This document shows, piece after piece, positions 1 to 9,472 of a stretch of DNA of 64,000 bases. The first letter of the stretch is position 1. Every line of letters starts with the position of its first letter. The notes below the pieces were generated by a model. That model made no database searches and was not told the origin of the DNA. It saw only the letters and a program-made list of their open reading frames with translations. The DNA is from a bacterium. GTDB taxonomy: Bacteria > Bacillota_I > Bacilli_A > RFN20 > CAG-826. The translations under genes and the position numbers were made by a program. Location of the stretch: NCBI GenBank assembly GCA_963616935.1, contig CAVEMS010000001.1:33273-97272 (forward strand), given 5' to 3'.

Positions 1-1007
1 CTTTCGGTCGTTTCGCTGCTATTGAGAGCTTTGCAGGTATAGACTTCTTTGGAATTGAAATCCTCAATTTGGAATGGGCTTTGGGACGAAAGCATCGTTT
101 CTGAGACACTGTCGGCTTTCTTGATCTCGTTCCATTTGTCAATATCGTTGGCTTTTTCGGATTCGATTCCGAATTTCCAATAATAATAGGAGACGCCGAG
201 AGTTATGCGTTTAGCCGCGAGCTCGACGGGGTCAGTGCTCTTGACGCTGCGGTTATTGAGAAGATCGTAGAAGGTGATGGTGTCGCTACTTCCGTCGCTA
301 GAGAAAATTGATTTGGCATATGGGCTCTCACCCTTCGCCAAGTCCAAATAGAGGTGACCGGTGCCAGTCAAGACGCTACCATCTTCCTTATAGTATTTGC
401 CATCAACTTTTCCACGGACCAAGTAGTTATAGACTGGCTCGAGGACGGAACGCCCATTTTTGTAATAGGCTTCGGCGTTGGTGATGACGAAGTTGCCGTT
501 ATAGTAGCTATCGGCGCGGTAGTTTGCGTATTTCGGTTGGAGTAAACGTTCCATTGAGTTGACGTAATCGTCGGCGGTGATCGGCGTGCCGTCTTCCCAT
601 TTGGCAGTTTTTCTTAGCGGTATTTCCCAAATTTCGCCTTTGGAAATCGCGCCCTCATCGTAATATTGGGTACTGATCTTGTCGTATTCATCGGCATCTA
701 ATTCGGTTGGATCGATGTTTTTTGGCATATCCGCGGCCATTTCGCTGATGAAGTTATAGCCGTTATGCTCCTTATTCAAAACGACGTCGTATAGACCCGT
801 TTCGGTGAAGCTTTGGATATAGCTTTCGTCGTTGGTTTCCCAGTTATGGACATTCCACTTGGAGGGGGAAGTCGATAAGTAGGTGTTATAGGTATAGCCT
901 TCTGGGTCGTCCGTTTCGGAGCTGCAACCGGCCAAAGCTCCGACTCCGGCGGCCGATAGGACTAAGACACCGAGCATAGATTTGCTGATTTTCTTGAATG
1001 CTTTCAT
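1..1007 (-). CDS. Peptide/oligopeptide ABC transporter substrate-binding lipoprotein (family-5 SBP). The gene is 5'-complete and truncated at its 3' end by the window edge.
   Basis: Minus-strand ORF reading MKAFKKISKSMLGVLVLSAAGVGALAGCSSETDD... has a lipobox (LAGC) and the length and composition of an OppA/DppA-type binding protein. ATG at 1007..1005 is preceded by a GGAG-like RBS. Absent from the ORF track because it is truncated. Confidence 0.55.
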   Translation of the reverse strand, partial: MKAFKKISKSMLGVLVLSAAGVGALAGCSSETDDPEGYTYNTYLSTSPSKWNVHNWETNDESYIQSFTETGLYDVVLNKEHNGYNFISEMAADMPKNIDPTELDADEYDKISTQYYDEGAISKGEIWEIPLRKTAKWEDGTPITADDYVNSMERLLQPKYANYRADSYYNGNFVITNAEAYYKNGRSVLEPVYNYLVRGKVDGKYYKEDGSVLTGTGHLYLDLAKGESPYAKSIFSSDGSSDTITFYDLLNNRSVKSTDPVELAAKRITLGVSYYYWKFGIESEKANDIDKWNEIKKADSVSETMLSSQSPFQIEDFNSKEVYTCKALNSSETTE

Positions 1008-1042
1008 TTAATTCTCCTTTTATTTATATATAAGGTTAGTGA

Positions 1043-2962
1043 TTACGCTTGAGCGGCGCTTGTCAATCCATAGCCAGAGAAATCGTTGGCGGTGCTATCG
1101 ACATTGGAAATGACGTATTCCGCCATCATGTATCTCTGTTCGATATCCGAGAAAGGCAGATAGATGAGCGCTTTGACGGTCACTTCGTTGGTGCTTGTGT
1201 CGATTGTGAATTCCTCATATGAAGAGTTCACGGTGTAGGAAGAGGTATCGCCACTGCCGTCGGTGTATACTACCATTCCGGTTTCTGTCATAAACGAGCC
1301 AAATAGGTAATCTTCGTATTCGCTCGCGCCTTCGCTCTTGAGTGAGATTGTCAATAACCCGAGTTGATCGAAGAGTTCTTGGAACAATCCGTTCGTTTGC
1401 TCGGTCTTGGTGCAATCGCCAATATCTCCTTTGTAAGTCACTTTGTTTCCATCGACTTTTCTCTTTTTCCAAATGGCTTTATTGATGTTGGCTTGGGTGA
1501 CGTTATCGACCATATAGCCCTTGGCATCGGCGACGCCATCGAGCGTCGTTTCCTCTTTGGTGTTGACCTCGTCCTTCGTATCGGTCTTCGCCGAATAGGT
1601 GCCGATATAGTATTTCCCATCGGCTTCGACCCAATAGGCTTTCTTCTTCTTTAGTTCGCCACCGATCGTCAAAGTCGCTTCGACGCTGACATTCGAAGAA
1701 ACGGTGTTCTTCTCGACGATCTTGCTCTTGGTGCCGGTCATTGCGTTGATCGCACTAGAATTGGCGACTTTCGAGGAATCGATCTCGTTGCCATCCTCAT
1801 CGCAAGCGTAGAGGCTCATGGTGGTGGTGTAGTTCGAAGTCGCCTTCAAAGCATTGAAGGTCGTTCCGATATCGGTAGGTGTGAGTGGCACAGGAACATA
1901 CGAGTTATCGGTGATGGCCGTTTCCAATAAGTCTAAAGCGGTGGTTCCGACGTTTGATATACGTCCAGTCGCCCATGAATAGTCACGGAAAGCGGGTGTC
2001 GTGGTGCCGTCTTCATTCTCTACGTCACCGTCAATTGTGATGTCGAAATAGAGGGTGTCCTTTTTGCCGTCGTTATCCGTATCAAGCAAATCGAGGATAC
2101 GCATTTCCTTTTCGGTGCATTTGTATTCGGTGACTTGGCTTTCGACGAAGTTCGACATACCGTAATTGAGGAACGTCTTCGCTTGAATGGCGTCGCCGAC
2201 GAGCGTTTCCTCGTTCGTTATCGGATCGTATTCGGATACGAATGAGGAACCGTCTAGCAACATGGACATGCAGATGTAGTAGTTGCCGATTTTCGTTTTG
2301 CCGTTTTCGAATTCCGGTTTTCCTTCTTCGTTGAAAGACCCCATATAGCCATTGCCGTCGCTTAGATTGGCTAGGATGAAGGAAGCGGATTCGCCAGTCG
2401 ATTCGCTTATTTCGCCGAGATTGTTTTTGTTATACGCGGCAACATAGTTCTTGTTATGGACGATGGTGTAATTTTGATAGCTGAAGCGCTTGGTGTATCG
2501 ATTATAGCTTCCGAGGTCGACGGTGTAGTTTTTGCCATCGCTTTCTCTGAATGAATCTAAGAAGTTGATGAGTTCGATGCTGGCTTCGCTCTTGCAGCTG
2601 ATCGTGACATAGAACTGCAGATTGTTGACCGCGAGCATGATTTCGTATTCGCCGTTCTTCAAGGCGGTGACGTTATGCCCTTCGACCTTCAAATCGGCAT
2701 TGGTGTTTTGGATCGAATAGGTGCTGAGGTGGCTGCCATCTTGCATCTCGACGAAGAAGTAATCGTCCAAATTGATGGTTTGACCAACCTTGACATAAGG
2801 CAGATCCTTATCCGTGTAAGAGAATTGATAAACATCTCCGTCGACGGTGACGGCGGAGAAATTCGACGCATTGCCGCTAGCATCATCGTTGCCGCAGGCC
2901 GTCATAAGCGTGCCTAGCAGGGCGATAGAGGCGATGACAAGTAGTTTTTTCTTATTTTTCAT
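1043..2962 (-). CDS. Hypothetical surface lipoprotein (639 aa)
   Basis: Signal peptide with lipobox (LLGTLMTACGNDD). The rest is rich in N/Y/S/T/D, and no recognisable catalytic motif was found. Confidence 0.6.
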   Translation of the reverse strand: MKNKKKLLVIASIALLGTLMTACGNDDASGNASNFSAVTVDGDVYQFSYTDKDLPYVKVGQTINLDDYFFVEMQDGSHLSTYSIQNTNADLKVEGHNVTALKNGEYEIMLAVNNLQFYVTISCKSEASIELINFLDSFRESDGKNYTVDLGSYNRYTKRFSYQNYTIVHNKNYVAAYNKNNLGEISESTGESASFILANLSDGNGYMGSFNEEGKPEFENGKTKIGNYYICMSMLLDGSSFVSEYDPITNEETLVGDAIQAKTFLNYGMSNFVESQVTEYKCTEKEMRILDLLDTDNDGKKDTLYFDITIDGDVENEDGTTTPAFRDYSWATGRISNVGTTALDLLETAITDNSYVPVPLTPTDIGTTFNALKATSNYTTTMSLYACDEDGNEIDSSKVANSSAINAMTGTKSKIVEKNTVSSNVSVEATLTIGGELKKKKAYWVEADGKYYIGTYSAKTDTKDEVNTKEETTLDGVADAKGYMVDNVTQANINKAIWKKRKVDGNKVTYKGDIGDCTKTEQTNGLFQELFDQLGLLTISLKSEGASEYEDYLFGSFMTETGMVVYTDGSGDTSSYTVNSSYEEFTIDTSTNEVTVKALIYLPFSDIEQRYMMAEYVISNVDSTANDFSGYGLTSAAQA

Positions 2963-3197
2963 ACGCTTTACCTCACAAAGTGCACGAGTAGGATATGCCC
3001 TCTTTTGAATTTTTCAATGATTATTTTTCGCCTATGCGCATAATGTGCGCTTATGTGCGGTAAAATGCGGTAAAAATAGATTTTCTCATATGGCGAAGAA
3101 ATGAAACGAGAAGCTTATTACACCGAAAAGAATGATTGAAATTTCAAACTTTCTTTGTATTATCACTTGTGCGACCCGAGCAAGGAGGGTTTTGAGT

Positions 3198-4796
3198 ATG
3201 AAAAAAAGTGCATTATTACTTGGCGTCTTGGCCACTAGCTTGGCTTTATGCGGGTGCGGTGGCAATAATGATAATTCTGACAGCAGTGACAGTTCTTTTT
3301 CTCCTGAGGAGATAGAAACTCGTCGCGCCGCTTTAGCGAACTTCATTGTCGGGATGGGAAAAAATAACCTTACCCTTAAAGTGACCGGAGCGAACTCCTC
3401 ATTACGCTATTATTTGGGATCCGATGCCTTCGTCACGGAAGATACGGCCTCCAAAAGCCAAAGTGGCGTCTTAGCCAACAAAGAACAGGGGTTCTATTAT
3501 TTCACGGTTAATGCCGACGACACTTTGACCTTCTCTGGCTGCGCTGGACTCGGAAGCGACATCGCTTCTTATTACATTACCCCATACAACGTCTTCGCAA
3601 GCGACGATATGAGGGAATATTACGACTTAACGAGCGGTAGTAACAAAGACGACAGCTACACATTCAAATTCGACACCACGAAGATGATTGCCGATTACAC
3701 TTCGGGGGACAGCACGGCGATTTATTATCTCGCCTATTTGCTTGGCGCCTATGATTCCTCTAGCAGCACCGTCTATTATTCCTACGTCACTTCTCTTGAA
3801 CTGACTCTCGCTAAGAACGGGAACGCTTCAATCAAATTGAAATACAAGACTGGCGTTTCCACTCAGACTCAGACTGCGACTATCTATAACATCGGGACCA
3901 CAACCGTCAAAGCGGTTGATGATTACCTTAAGAATCCAAAAACTTTCGAAGCTCCTACCGACTTTACCGAAGCTTCAAAGAAAGCCATCAGTTCGATCTT
4001 CGCCGATCATGAGTCGGATATCGTTTTCCCAGCAGGAATAGCTACGGCCGCTTACATGGATTCGCCATTGCAGTATAGTGACGGCACTTATGCCGGCATC
4101 GAGTGGGTCAATTACGGCGCTGGCAACCTTACCAAAAAATATGCCGCGAAGCTTCTTTCCAAAGGATACGAACTCGACCAAGTCGTTCCCGCCAAGGAAA
4201 GCAGCGACGGATACACGCATTATTACTATACTCACGAATTCGCCGATCAAATCGAGGCGGCCGAAGCGACGGAAGATACCGAGGCCGTCGAGGCTAAAGG
4301 TGCCGTCTATATCGTGGCCGATATCTATTACTCATCGAGCTATGATACCTTCACGGTTCAGTTCTATACCGAAGAGGCACCGCTGTATTGGACTTATGAA
4401 ACTGTCGCCGATGCCAATATGAAGATTGCTGCGATCAACGCTTCCGAAAGCAAGAAATATTCTGTTCCGAATTTGCCCGAATCGAGCAATATCACGAGCG
4501 AAATACTTGTCGAAAGCGACATTCGCATCTATCCGTACTACTACTATTACACTTACTACTACATCTTCGTTCTCGAATTTGACACCGAAGCGAATGCCGT
4601 GGCTTATGCGAATTCTTATATCGCAGCGATCAATTCGGAGAAGAAATACGTCGACACTGGCAAGTACACCATCGAAAAGGATGGGCAAGCCACTTTTGCG
4701 GCTCCAAACGCCAGCGCAGCGGAAGCGTTAATCAATGTCGTTGCTGGTGAGACTTCCGTCGGAACCTACGCCGTCAACATCTATTTCGCCGGCTAA
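3198..4796 (+). CDS. Hypothetical surface lipoprotein (about 533 aa)
   Basis: ATG at 3198 is preceded by an AGGAGGG RBS. The product starts MKKSALLLGVLATSLALCGCGG (lipobox). It contains a Tyr-run (YPYYYYYTYYY) encoded by TAC/TAT repeats. Confidence 0.7.
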   Translation: MKKSALLLGVLATSLALCGCGGNNDNSDSSDSSFSPEEIETRRAALANFIVGMGKNNLTLKVTGANSSLRYYLGSDAFVTEDTASKSQSGVLANKEQGFYYFTVNADDTLTFSGCAGLGSDIASYYITPYNVFASDDMREYYDLTSGSNKDDSYTFKFDTTKMIADYTSGDSTAIYYLAYLLGAYDSSSSTVYYSYVTSLELTLAKNGNASIKLKYKTGVSTQTQTATIYNIGTTTVKAVDDYLKNPKTFEAPTDFTEASKKAISSIFADHESDIVFPAGIATAAYMDSPLQYSDGTYAGIEWVNYGAGNLTKKYAAKLLSKGYELDQVVPAKESSDGYTHYYYTHEFADQIEAAEATEDTEAVEAKGAVYIVADIYYSSSYDTFTVQFYTEEAPLYWTYETVADANMKIAAINASESKKYSVPNLPESSNITSEILVESDIRIYPYYYYYTYYYIFVLEFDTEANAVAYANSYIAAINSEKKYVDTGKYTIEKDGQATFAAPNASAAEALINVVAGETSVGTYAVNIYFAG

Positions 4797-4886
4797 TCTT
4801 AATTGACGTCATTAAGCGTCTCTTCGGAGGCGCTTTTTATGTCTTTATTTTTCAAACGACTCCTATATATTTATTGCGGGGACAAT

Positions 4887-6431
4887 ATGAAGAGAAATCA
4901 CTTAGCACGTATCCCATTATTCGTCATTACGACGGTGTCCTTATCGTCGTGCAATATTTTTTCTCTTTTAAGCTCAAATCAAGATTATTCATATCCGCAT
5001 TATAGCGACGCTTCTTTTTCTAGCGAGACGCGCGGCGGATATAGTAACGCACAGGCGAAGTTCACGATGAGCGATGTCGGAAAAAGTGCGGGTTTCTCTT
5101 ATCTAAAAAGTATTGGAAATCCAAAAATCCTTGTGATTCCCGTCTCGATTGAAGGTTATGAAAGGAACGCGAGTTCCACTAATCTAGCAAGGATCAAAAA
5201 GGCTTTCAAAGGGACCGACAACATTTGGCAAAGCGTGGAATCCTTCTATAACATCTCCTCTTTCGGCAGATTGAACCTCGATATAACAATCGCGGACGAG
5301 TGGTATCAGTCGGGCAAGACGCCGGCTGAGATTTATGGAGGAGACGCTTCTTCATCCTCGAAGACCGCCGGCGTCCAAAACGTCCTCAATAGCGCAGTTT
5401 CGTGGTATAAGACGAAATACGATACTGATTGTGAAGAGTTCGATTCTGATAATGACGGCTATATTGATGCTGTCTGGCTTATCTATAGTTGTCCAGACTA
5501 CCAAACGGATACCTCTTTAAAGAAATATGATCCGACGTGTTGGGCGTATACGTATTGGGCGGATAACAATTCAAACATCAATTCTCCTTCCGCTTGCACC
5601 TATGGCTGGGCTTCCTATGACTTTATGAACGAAGGGTATGGCAGTTTTCAAAGCGATGCCCACACCTTCATCCATGAGACCGGGCACATGATGGGGCTAG
5701 AGGATTATTACGATTACAACGTCGTTTCCAAGGATGACGGCTCCTCTCCTATGGGATTCGTCGATATGATGGACGCCAACGTCATCGATCATAACGTCTT
5801 CTCCAAATGGTCGCTTGGCTGGGTCGCTCCTTTCGTCGTGACGGGGAAGGGGTCGATCAGATTGGCCCCATCGGCGACAACCGGCGAATGTTTGATCATA
5901 CCGACTTCGTCGGGATGGAATGGCTCCCCATTCGACGAATACATAATGTTGGAGTATTACACCCCGGAGAACCTCAATTACAAGGATTCCAAAAGTGAAT
6001 ATCTCGGCAATGGCGTCCAAGGCTTTACGCAAAAAGGCGTTAGGATCTATCACGTCGATTCGCGTTTGGCAAAGCTATCGGGCAGATCCAATTGGTCTTA
6101 TACGTCATCGTTATCGACGAATTGCATACTTGCGCATTCGAATACGCCATCCTATGGCGATGACGAAGATAGGGAAACGAGGAATTACCTTTCCCCGAAT
6201 TATCGTTTGATACAGATGATGGACGCATCGGCCAAAAGAGACTTCTCTTCCGTCTATGTCCAAGCTGATGACACATCGCTATTTGGGACTCGCACCAATT
6301 CGGTTTTCTCTTTCTCGTCCTTCAAGAATTCCTTCCCGAACAAAACGAAAATGAATAATGGCGGGACGTTCGAATATAAGATTTCTGTAAGCGAAATGAC
6401 TTCCGATGGCGTGTTGATAACTATTTCCTAA
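4887..6431 (+). CDS. Secreted/lipoprotein zinc metalloprotease, M6 (immune inhibitor A)-like
   Basis: Signal peptide and lipobox-like LSSC. Carries the motif HETGHMMGLEDYYDY (HExxHxxGxxD), characteristic of M6-type zinc metallopeptidases. The in-frame ATG at 4887 is chosen as the start over the upstream ATG at 4803. Confidence 0.6.
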   Translation: MKRNHLARIPLFVITTVSLSSCNIFSLLSSNQDYSYPHYSDASFSSETRGGYSNAQAKFTMSDVGKSAGFSYLKSIGNPKILVIPVSIEGYERNASSTNLARIKKAFKGTDNIWQSVESFYNISSFGRLNLDITIADEWYQSGKTPAEIYGGDASSSSKTAGVQNVLNSAVSWYKTKYDTDCEEFDSDNDGYIDAVWLIYSCPDYQTDTSLKKYDPTCWAYTYWADNNSNINSPSACTYGWASYDFMNEGYGSFQSDAHTFIHETGHMMGLEDYYDYNVVSKDDGSSPMGFVDMMDANVIDHNVFSKWSLGWVAPFVVTGKGSIRLAPSATTGECLIIPTSSGWNGSPFDEYIMLEYYTPENLNYKDSKSEYLGNGVQGFTQKGVRIYHVDSRLAKLSGRSNWSYTSSLSTNCILAHSNTPSYGDDEDRETRNYLSPNYRLIQMMDASAKRDFSSVYVQADDTSLFGTRTNSVFSFSSFKNSFPNKTKMNNGGTFEYKISVSEMTSDGVLITIS

Positions 6432-6535
6432 AAAACGAAAAACCGCTGCAAAACGCGCATATATTCCTTAAAAACCAAATGATTTTATGCTGAGATTTTC
6501 GTTTCTGCCTGAAAACAATGCGTTTTCCGATACGA

Positions 6536-7987
6536 CTATTTCAAACGATAGGCTCTGGAGCGATTGAAGCCAACCGCTTCGATCTCATCGATCTTCGAAA
6601 GGATCGCTCTTATTCGCGATTGGCTGAGCCCGGTGTATTCGGCTAACTCTTTGCCTGTGGATTTCCCATTGTCTCTTAGATATTCCATCACCATGGCTTT
6701 TGTCTCATCGAACTTCTTGCTATGCGTTTTCTCGTTTATTTGCATTGTCCCAAATCTCTTGTCTAGGGGTAAAGCGAGGATTATGCGATCGGGATCGAAT
6801 TGCTCTTCGATGGTTGGGGTTCGTAAACCCTGTTTTCTCCAAACCTCGTATATCATTGGGACGCCGCTTCCTGCACGTTCGCCGATGTTTATGAGATTGA
6901 ACATTTTCATAAGGCCTCTGTTTCTCGGATCAGAGACGCCTCCTTTAAGCATCTGTTCTTTTCCGGTTCGGCTATAGCCAGGATTTGCGAAAGCGATTTT
7001 GTTTTGCTTAAGCGTGATGACGACGCCTCGCGATCCGTAATAATCGGCATTTACTAAGCAATTGGACAGCGCTTCGCGAATGGCTTCGTGTAATGGCGTG
7101 TCATCGATTCTGCTTTCGTCTTTAAGCTTGAAAGGCAGATTAAGAGATTGCTTGAGCTTGTTGTAGACCCGGTAATAGAAGTCGAAAACGTTGCCTGACC
7201 AGTCTCCGGAACTCGATTGTACGCGGTCGTCCCAACGGTTCTTCGGATCGATTTCGGCTCGATAGTCGAGGAAATAACTTGGAAATTGTCTTGTGATGTC
7301 GTACTCGTTTCCAAACATCAACAAGCCGGCGGCTGTGGGGTGCAACTTCCCATCGATTTTGGAAATGGCGGCGGCGTTAAGGCTGCGGAGGAACTCATCA
7401 TCGCTAAGGCGAGAAAAAGGATGACTTGGCTTAAGAGAGGCGAAGATGTTGCGATAAGCGCGGATCGACTCCGAATTTAGGGAATCGAGTCCGATATCGT
7501 CGAGAACGTTCATGTCGATCGTGTCATCGGCCTGATCGCGAAGCATCGTTTTGACTTGGAGTTTGGTGCAATGGTAATCGCCTGCCCAATTTCTGCGAAA
7601 GGAGCCGCCGAAAATATCGCCGTTTATGTATACGGGTTTCATCTCGCGGGAAGCGGATGGCACATGAATAACCATGATTGAATTGCCATTATATGAGAAG
7701 CTCTCGACGTCCTTTTCCCGCAAAAGATTGATGCTTACTTTGTTGGGGTTGTTTATGGCATCCCAAAATTCCTTCTTAAGCCGTTCTTCGTCTTTTAGTC
7801 CGGTGACGGACCAACTTCCATCTTGGTTTTCTTTACCGCCGAGAATTATGACGCCGCCATAAGAATTTGCGAAAGCGGAGTACGTCTCCCAAAGAGAAAG
7901 CGGCAATTCGCCGCTGGCCTTTTTAATTTCCATCCTGTTGCCTTCGCGATAGGATTCAAATTTTGATAAATCGAATGGCTCGTTCAT
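6536..7987 (-). CDS. Putative transcriptional regulator with AlbA_2 (Schlafen-like) N-terminal domain, HATPase_c_4-like middle domain and C-terminal HTH (COG2865-like)
   Basis: The N-terminal region (...FANSYGGVIILGGKEN..., a putative DNA-binding domain) and C-terminal HTH (GKSTGKELAEYTGLSQSRIRAIL) fit this family. Start is set at ATG 7987..7985 (MNEPFDL...). The ORF-track start at 8167 lies in an AT-rich repeat region and is unlikely. Confidence 0.55.
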   Translation of the reverse strand: MNEPFDLSKFESYREGNRMEIKKASGELPLSLWETYSAFANSYGGVIILGGKENQDGSWSVTGLKDEERLKKEFWDAINNPNKVSINLLREKDVESFSYNGNSIMVIHVPSASREMKPVYINGDIFGGSFRRNWAGDYHCTKLQVKTMLRDQADDTIDMNVLDDIGLDSLNSESIRAYRNIFASLKPSHPFSRLSDDEFLRSLNAAAISKIDGKLHPTAAGLLMFGNEYDITRQFPSYFLDYRAEIDPKNRWDDRVQSSSGDWSGNVFDFYYRVYNKLKQSLNLPFKLKDESRIDDTPLHEAIREALSNCLVNADYYGSRGVVITLKQNKIAFANPGYSRTGKEQMLKGGVSDPRNRGLMKMFNLINIGERAGSGVPMIYEVWRKQGLRTPTIEEQFDPDRIILALPLDKRFGTMQINEKTHSKKFDETKAMVMEYLRDNGKSTGKELAEYTGLSQSRIRAILSKIDEIEAVGFNRSRAYRLK

Positions 7988-8010
7988 GATATTTCCTCTG
8001 ATTGCAATAT

Positions 8011-8078
8011 ATCGTTTGCTATCGCATTTTGCAAGCGATAATAAATGTTTTGCAAGCGATAAAAAACAAGCGATAAAA
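8011..8078. repeat. Cluster of direct and inverted copies of GCAAGCGATAA immediately upstream of the COG2865-like regulator gene (candidate operator)
   Basis: TTTTGCAAGCGATAA occurs at 8027..8041 and 8047..8061, with a third copy ACAAGCGATAA at 8065..8075. A near-inverse copy TATCGTTTGC lies at 8011..8020. Confidence 0.4.
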
Positions 8079-8440
8079 TATGATATATCTCTTTCTCCCA
8101 AAGAGGCGATGAATACGAAAAACCTTGTTGTATTTTTTGCCTGATGAGTATGAAAACGGCTTAGCATCGAAGAATTCTATTTAATTTTCAGATGATGGAC
8201 GATTTTTCTTTCGCATGGTTTCTTTGAAACGAAAGCGAATTTTATCGCTTGTTTTGATCGTTCTGAACTGGTGATGAATGCGATTCCATGCGAAATGAAA
8301 TCGTTCGGTCGGTGCCCGATGTGATCTTATAATCGCTTATTTGGCGTGCGGTTTATGTGTTTTTGAACGAAAACATGATTTCTTGCACATAATCTATAAG
8401 ACTAGTAATATAACTTCGTTCAATTTTTTGAGGTGTTTCT

Positions 8441-8902
8441 ATGAAAAACAAATCATTCTTACCGGGGATTCTAGGCATTGCCGCATTGGCGTTCACCCTA
8501 TGCGCATTCTTATTCCCTCTTGCTCCTGCCGCTTTCAGCGCCCAGATGGATACCATCTATGGCTACGATTTGATGTTCGGCAATAAAGCGGTTGCCGCTT
8601 TCGATACGCCAGTATCCGCCTATATCGCGGTCTTCGTATTGCTCGTTATTTCCGCCACATTCCAATTATTGGCCACGATCTTCGGATTCAATGGTGGCAA
8701 ATTCACCGGTTTCTTGCATATCCTTTCCGGGCTTATGCTCGGCGCTTCTGCCGTTCTTACTTTCCTAGTCGGAACGCTTACGCCTTCTGGAACCGTGACT
8801 CTCACATTGGCTTGGGGCTTTATCGCCACCGGCGCCTCTCTTGCCGTTAGCGCTCTTCTTTCCTTAGCTATCGGCGTCAAAGCGTTCGCCAAGAAAGCCT
8901 AA
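8441..8902 (+). CDS. Hypothetical small integral membrane protein (about 4 TM helices)
   Basis: Hydrophobic helices throughout. An RBS (GAGGTG) lies upstream of the ATG. Confidence 0.55.
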   Translation: MKNKSFLPGILGIAALAFTLCAFLFPLAPAAFSAQMDTIYGYDLMFGNKAVAAFDTPVSAYIAVFVLLVISATFQLLATIFGFNGGKFTGFLHILSGLMLGASAVLTFLVGTLTPSGTVTLTLAWGFIATGASLAVSALLSLAIGVKAFAKKA

Positions 8903-8924
8903 TTCTTCGATTTCATTAACCAAT

Positions 8925-8946
8925 AGCTCCTTCGGGAGCTTTTTTC
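8925..8946 (+). terminator. Rho-independent terminator
   Basis: Hairpin AGCTCCTTCGGGAGCT is followed by TTTTTT. Confidence 0.6.
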
Positions 8947-9011
8947 TTTATTCTTTCAAAAAAGCGGAACAAAGATCCGTTTTTATCCCTATTTATTGGT
9001 GAAGGGGTTGT

Positions 9012-9386
9012 TTGATGAATAAGCAAATGAATATCGAAGAAAAGACGAATGCGGTCATCGCCTATTTGAGGCCGCTTATAGAGGATGAGCTGTTGCTATA
9101 TGCATATCAAATCAAAGAAGGGATAAACCTAAAGGATATAAGGAATAAGGTATATGAGGAATTAGCACTCATAGATAAGGCCATCGCTGGCGGTGATGGC
9201 AATGATTTTTCCCAAACGATCAGGAAAGCGTCTAAGAATATCGCCTTTCATATAGATATGTGCTTGGATGTCGCTTTCTTGGCGTCAGCCAAAGAAAAAA
9301 GTTCGATTTTTTTGCCATCATTTCTATCATATTCAAACGATATAGCAAGGAAGTTGCACGAAATATATCAAAATGTAAATAATTAG
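9012..9386 (+). CDS. Hypothetical cytoplasmic protein (124 aa)
   Basis: ORF with an upstream GAAGGGG RBS. No recognisable motif. Confidence 0.45.
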   Translation: MMNKQMNIEEKTNAVIAYLRPLIEDELLLYAYQIKEGINLKDIRNKVYEELALIDKAIAGGDGNDFSQTIRKASKNIAFHIDMCLDVAFLASAKEKSSIFLPSFLSYSNDIARKLHEIYQNVNN

Positions 9387-9396
9387 CAGTCAATGC

Positions 9397-9424
9397 TTGA
9401 CAGTGCTAAAACCTAGACTATACT
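9397..9424 (+). promoter_or_regulatory. Sigma-A type promoter for hsp20
   Basis: TTGACA at 9397..9402, a 16-nt spacer, then TATACT at 9419..9424. Confidence 0.5.
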
Positions 9425-9429
9425 ATGGG

Positions 9430-9455
9430 TAGCACTCAAAGATAGAGAGTGCTAA
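9430..9455 (+). promoter_or_regulatory. CIRCE (HrcA operator) inverted repeat
   Basis: TAGCACTC-N9-GAGTGCTAA, against the consensus TTAGCACTC-N9-GAGTGCTAA. It lies between the -10 element and the hsp20 RBS. Confidence 0.7.
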
Positions 9456-9472
9456 ATGGAGGAAATGAAATT

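Noticed and set aside
1215-1654. Overlapping 85/96/60-aa ORFs inside the 1043..2962 lipoprotein gene
   Set aside because: They are embedded in a long well-supported ORF, and have no RBS and a basic low-complexity composition.
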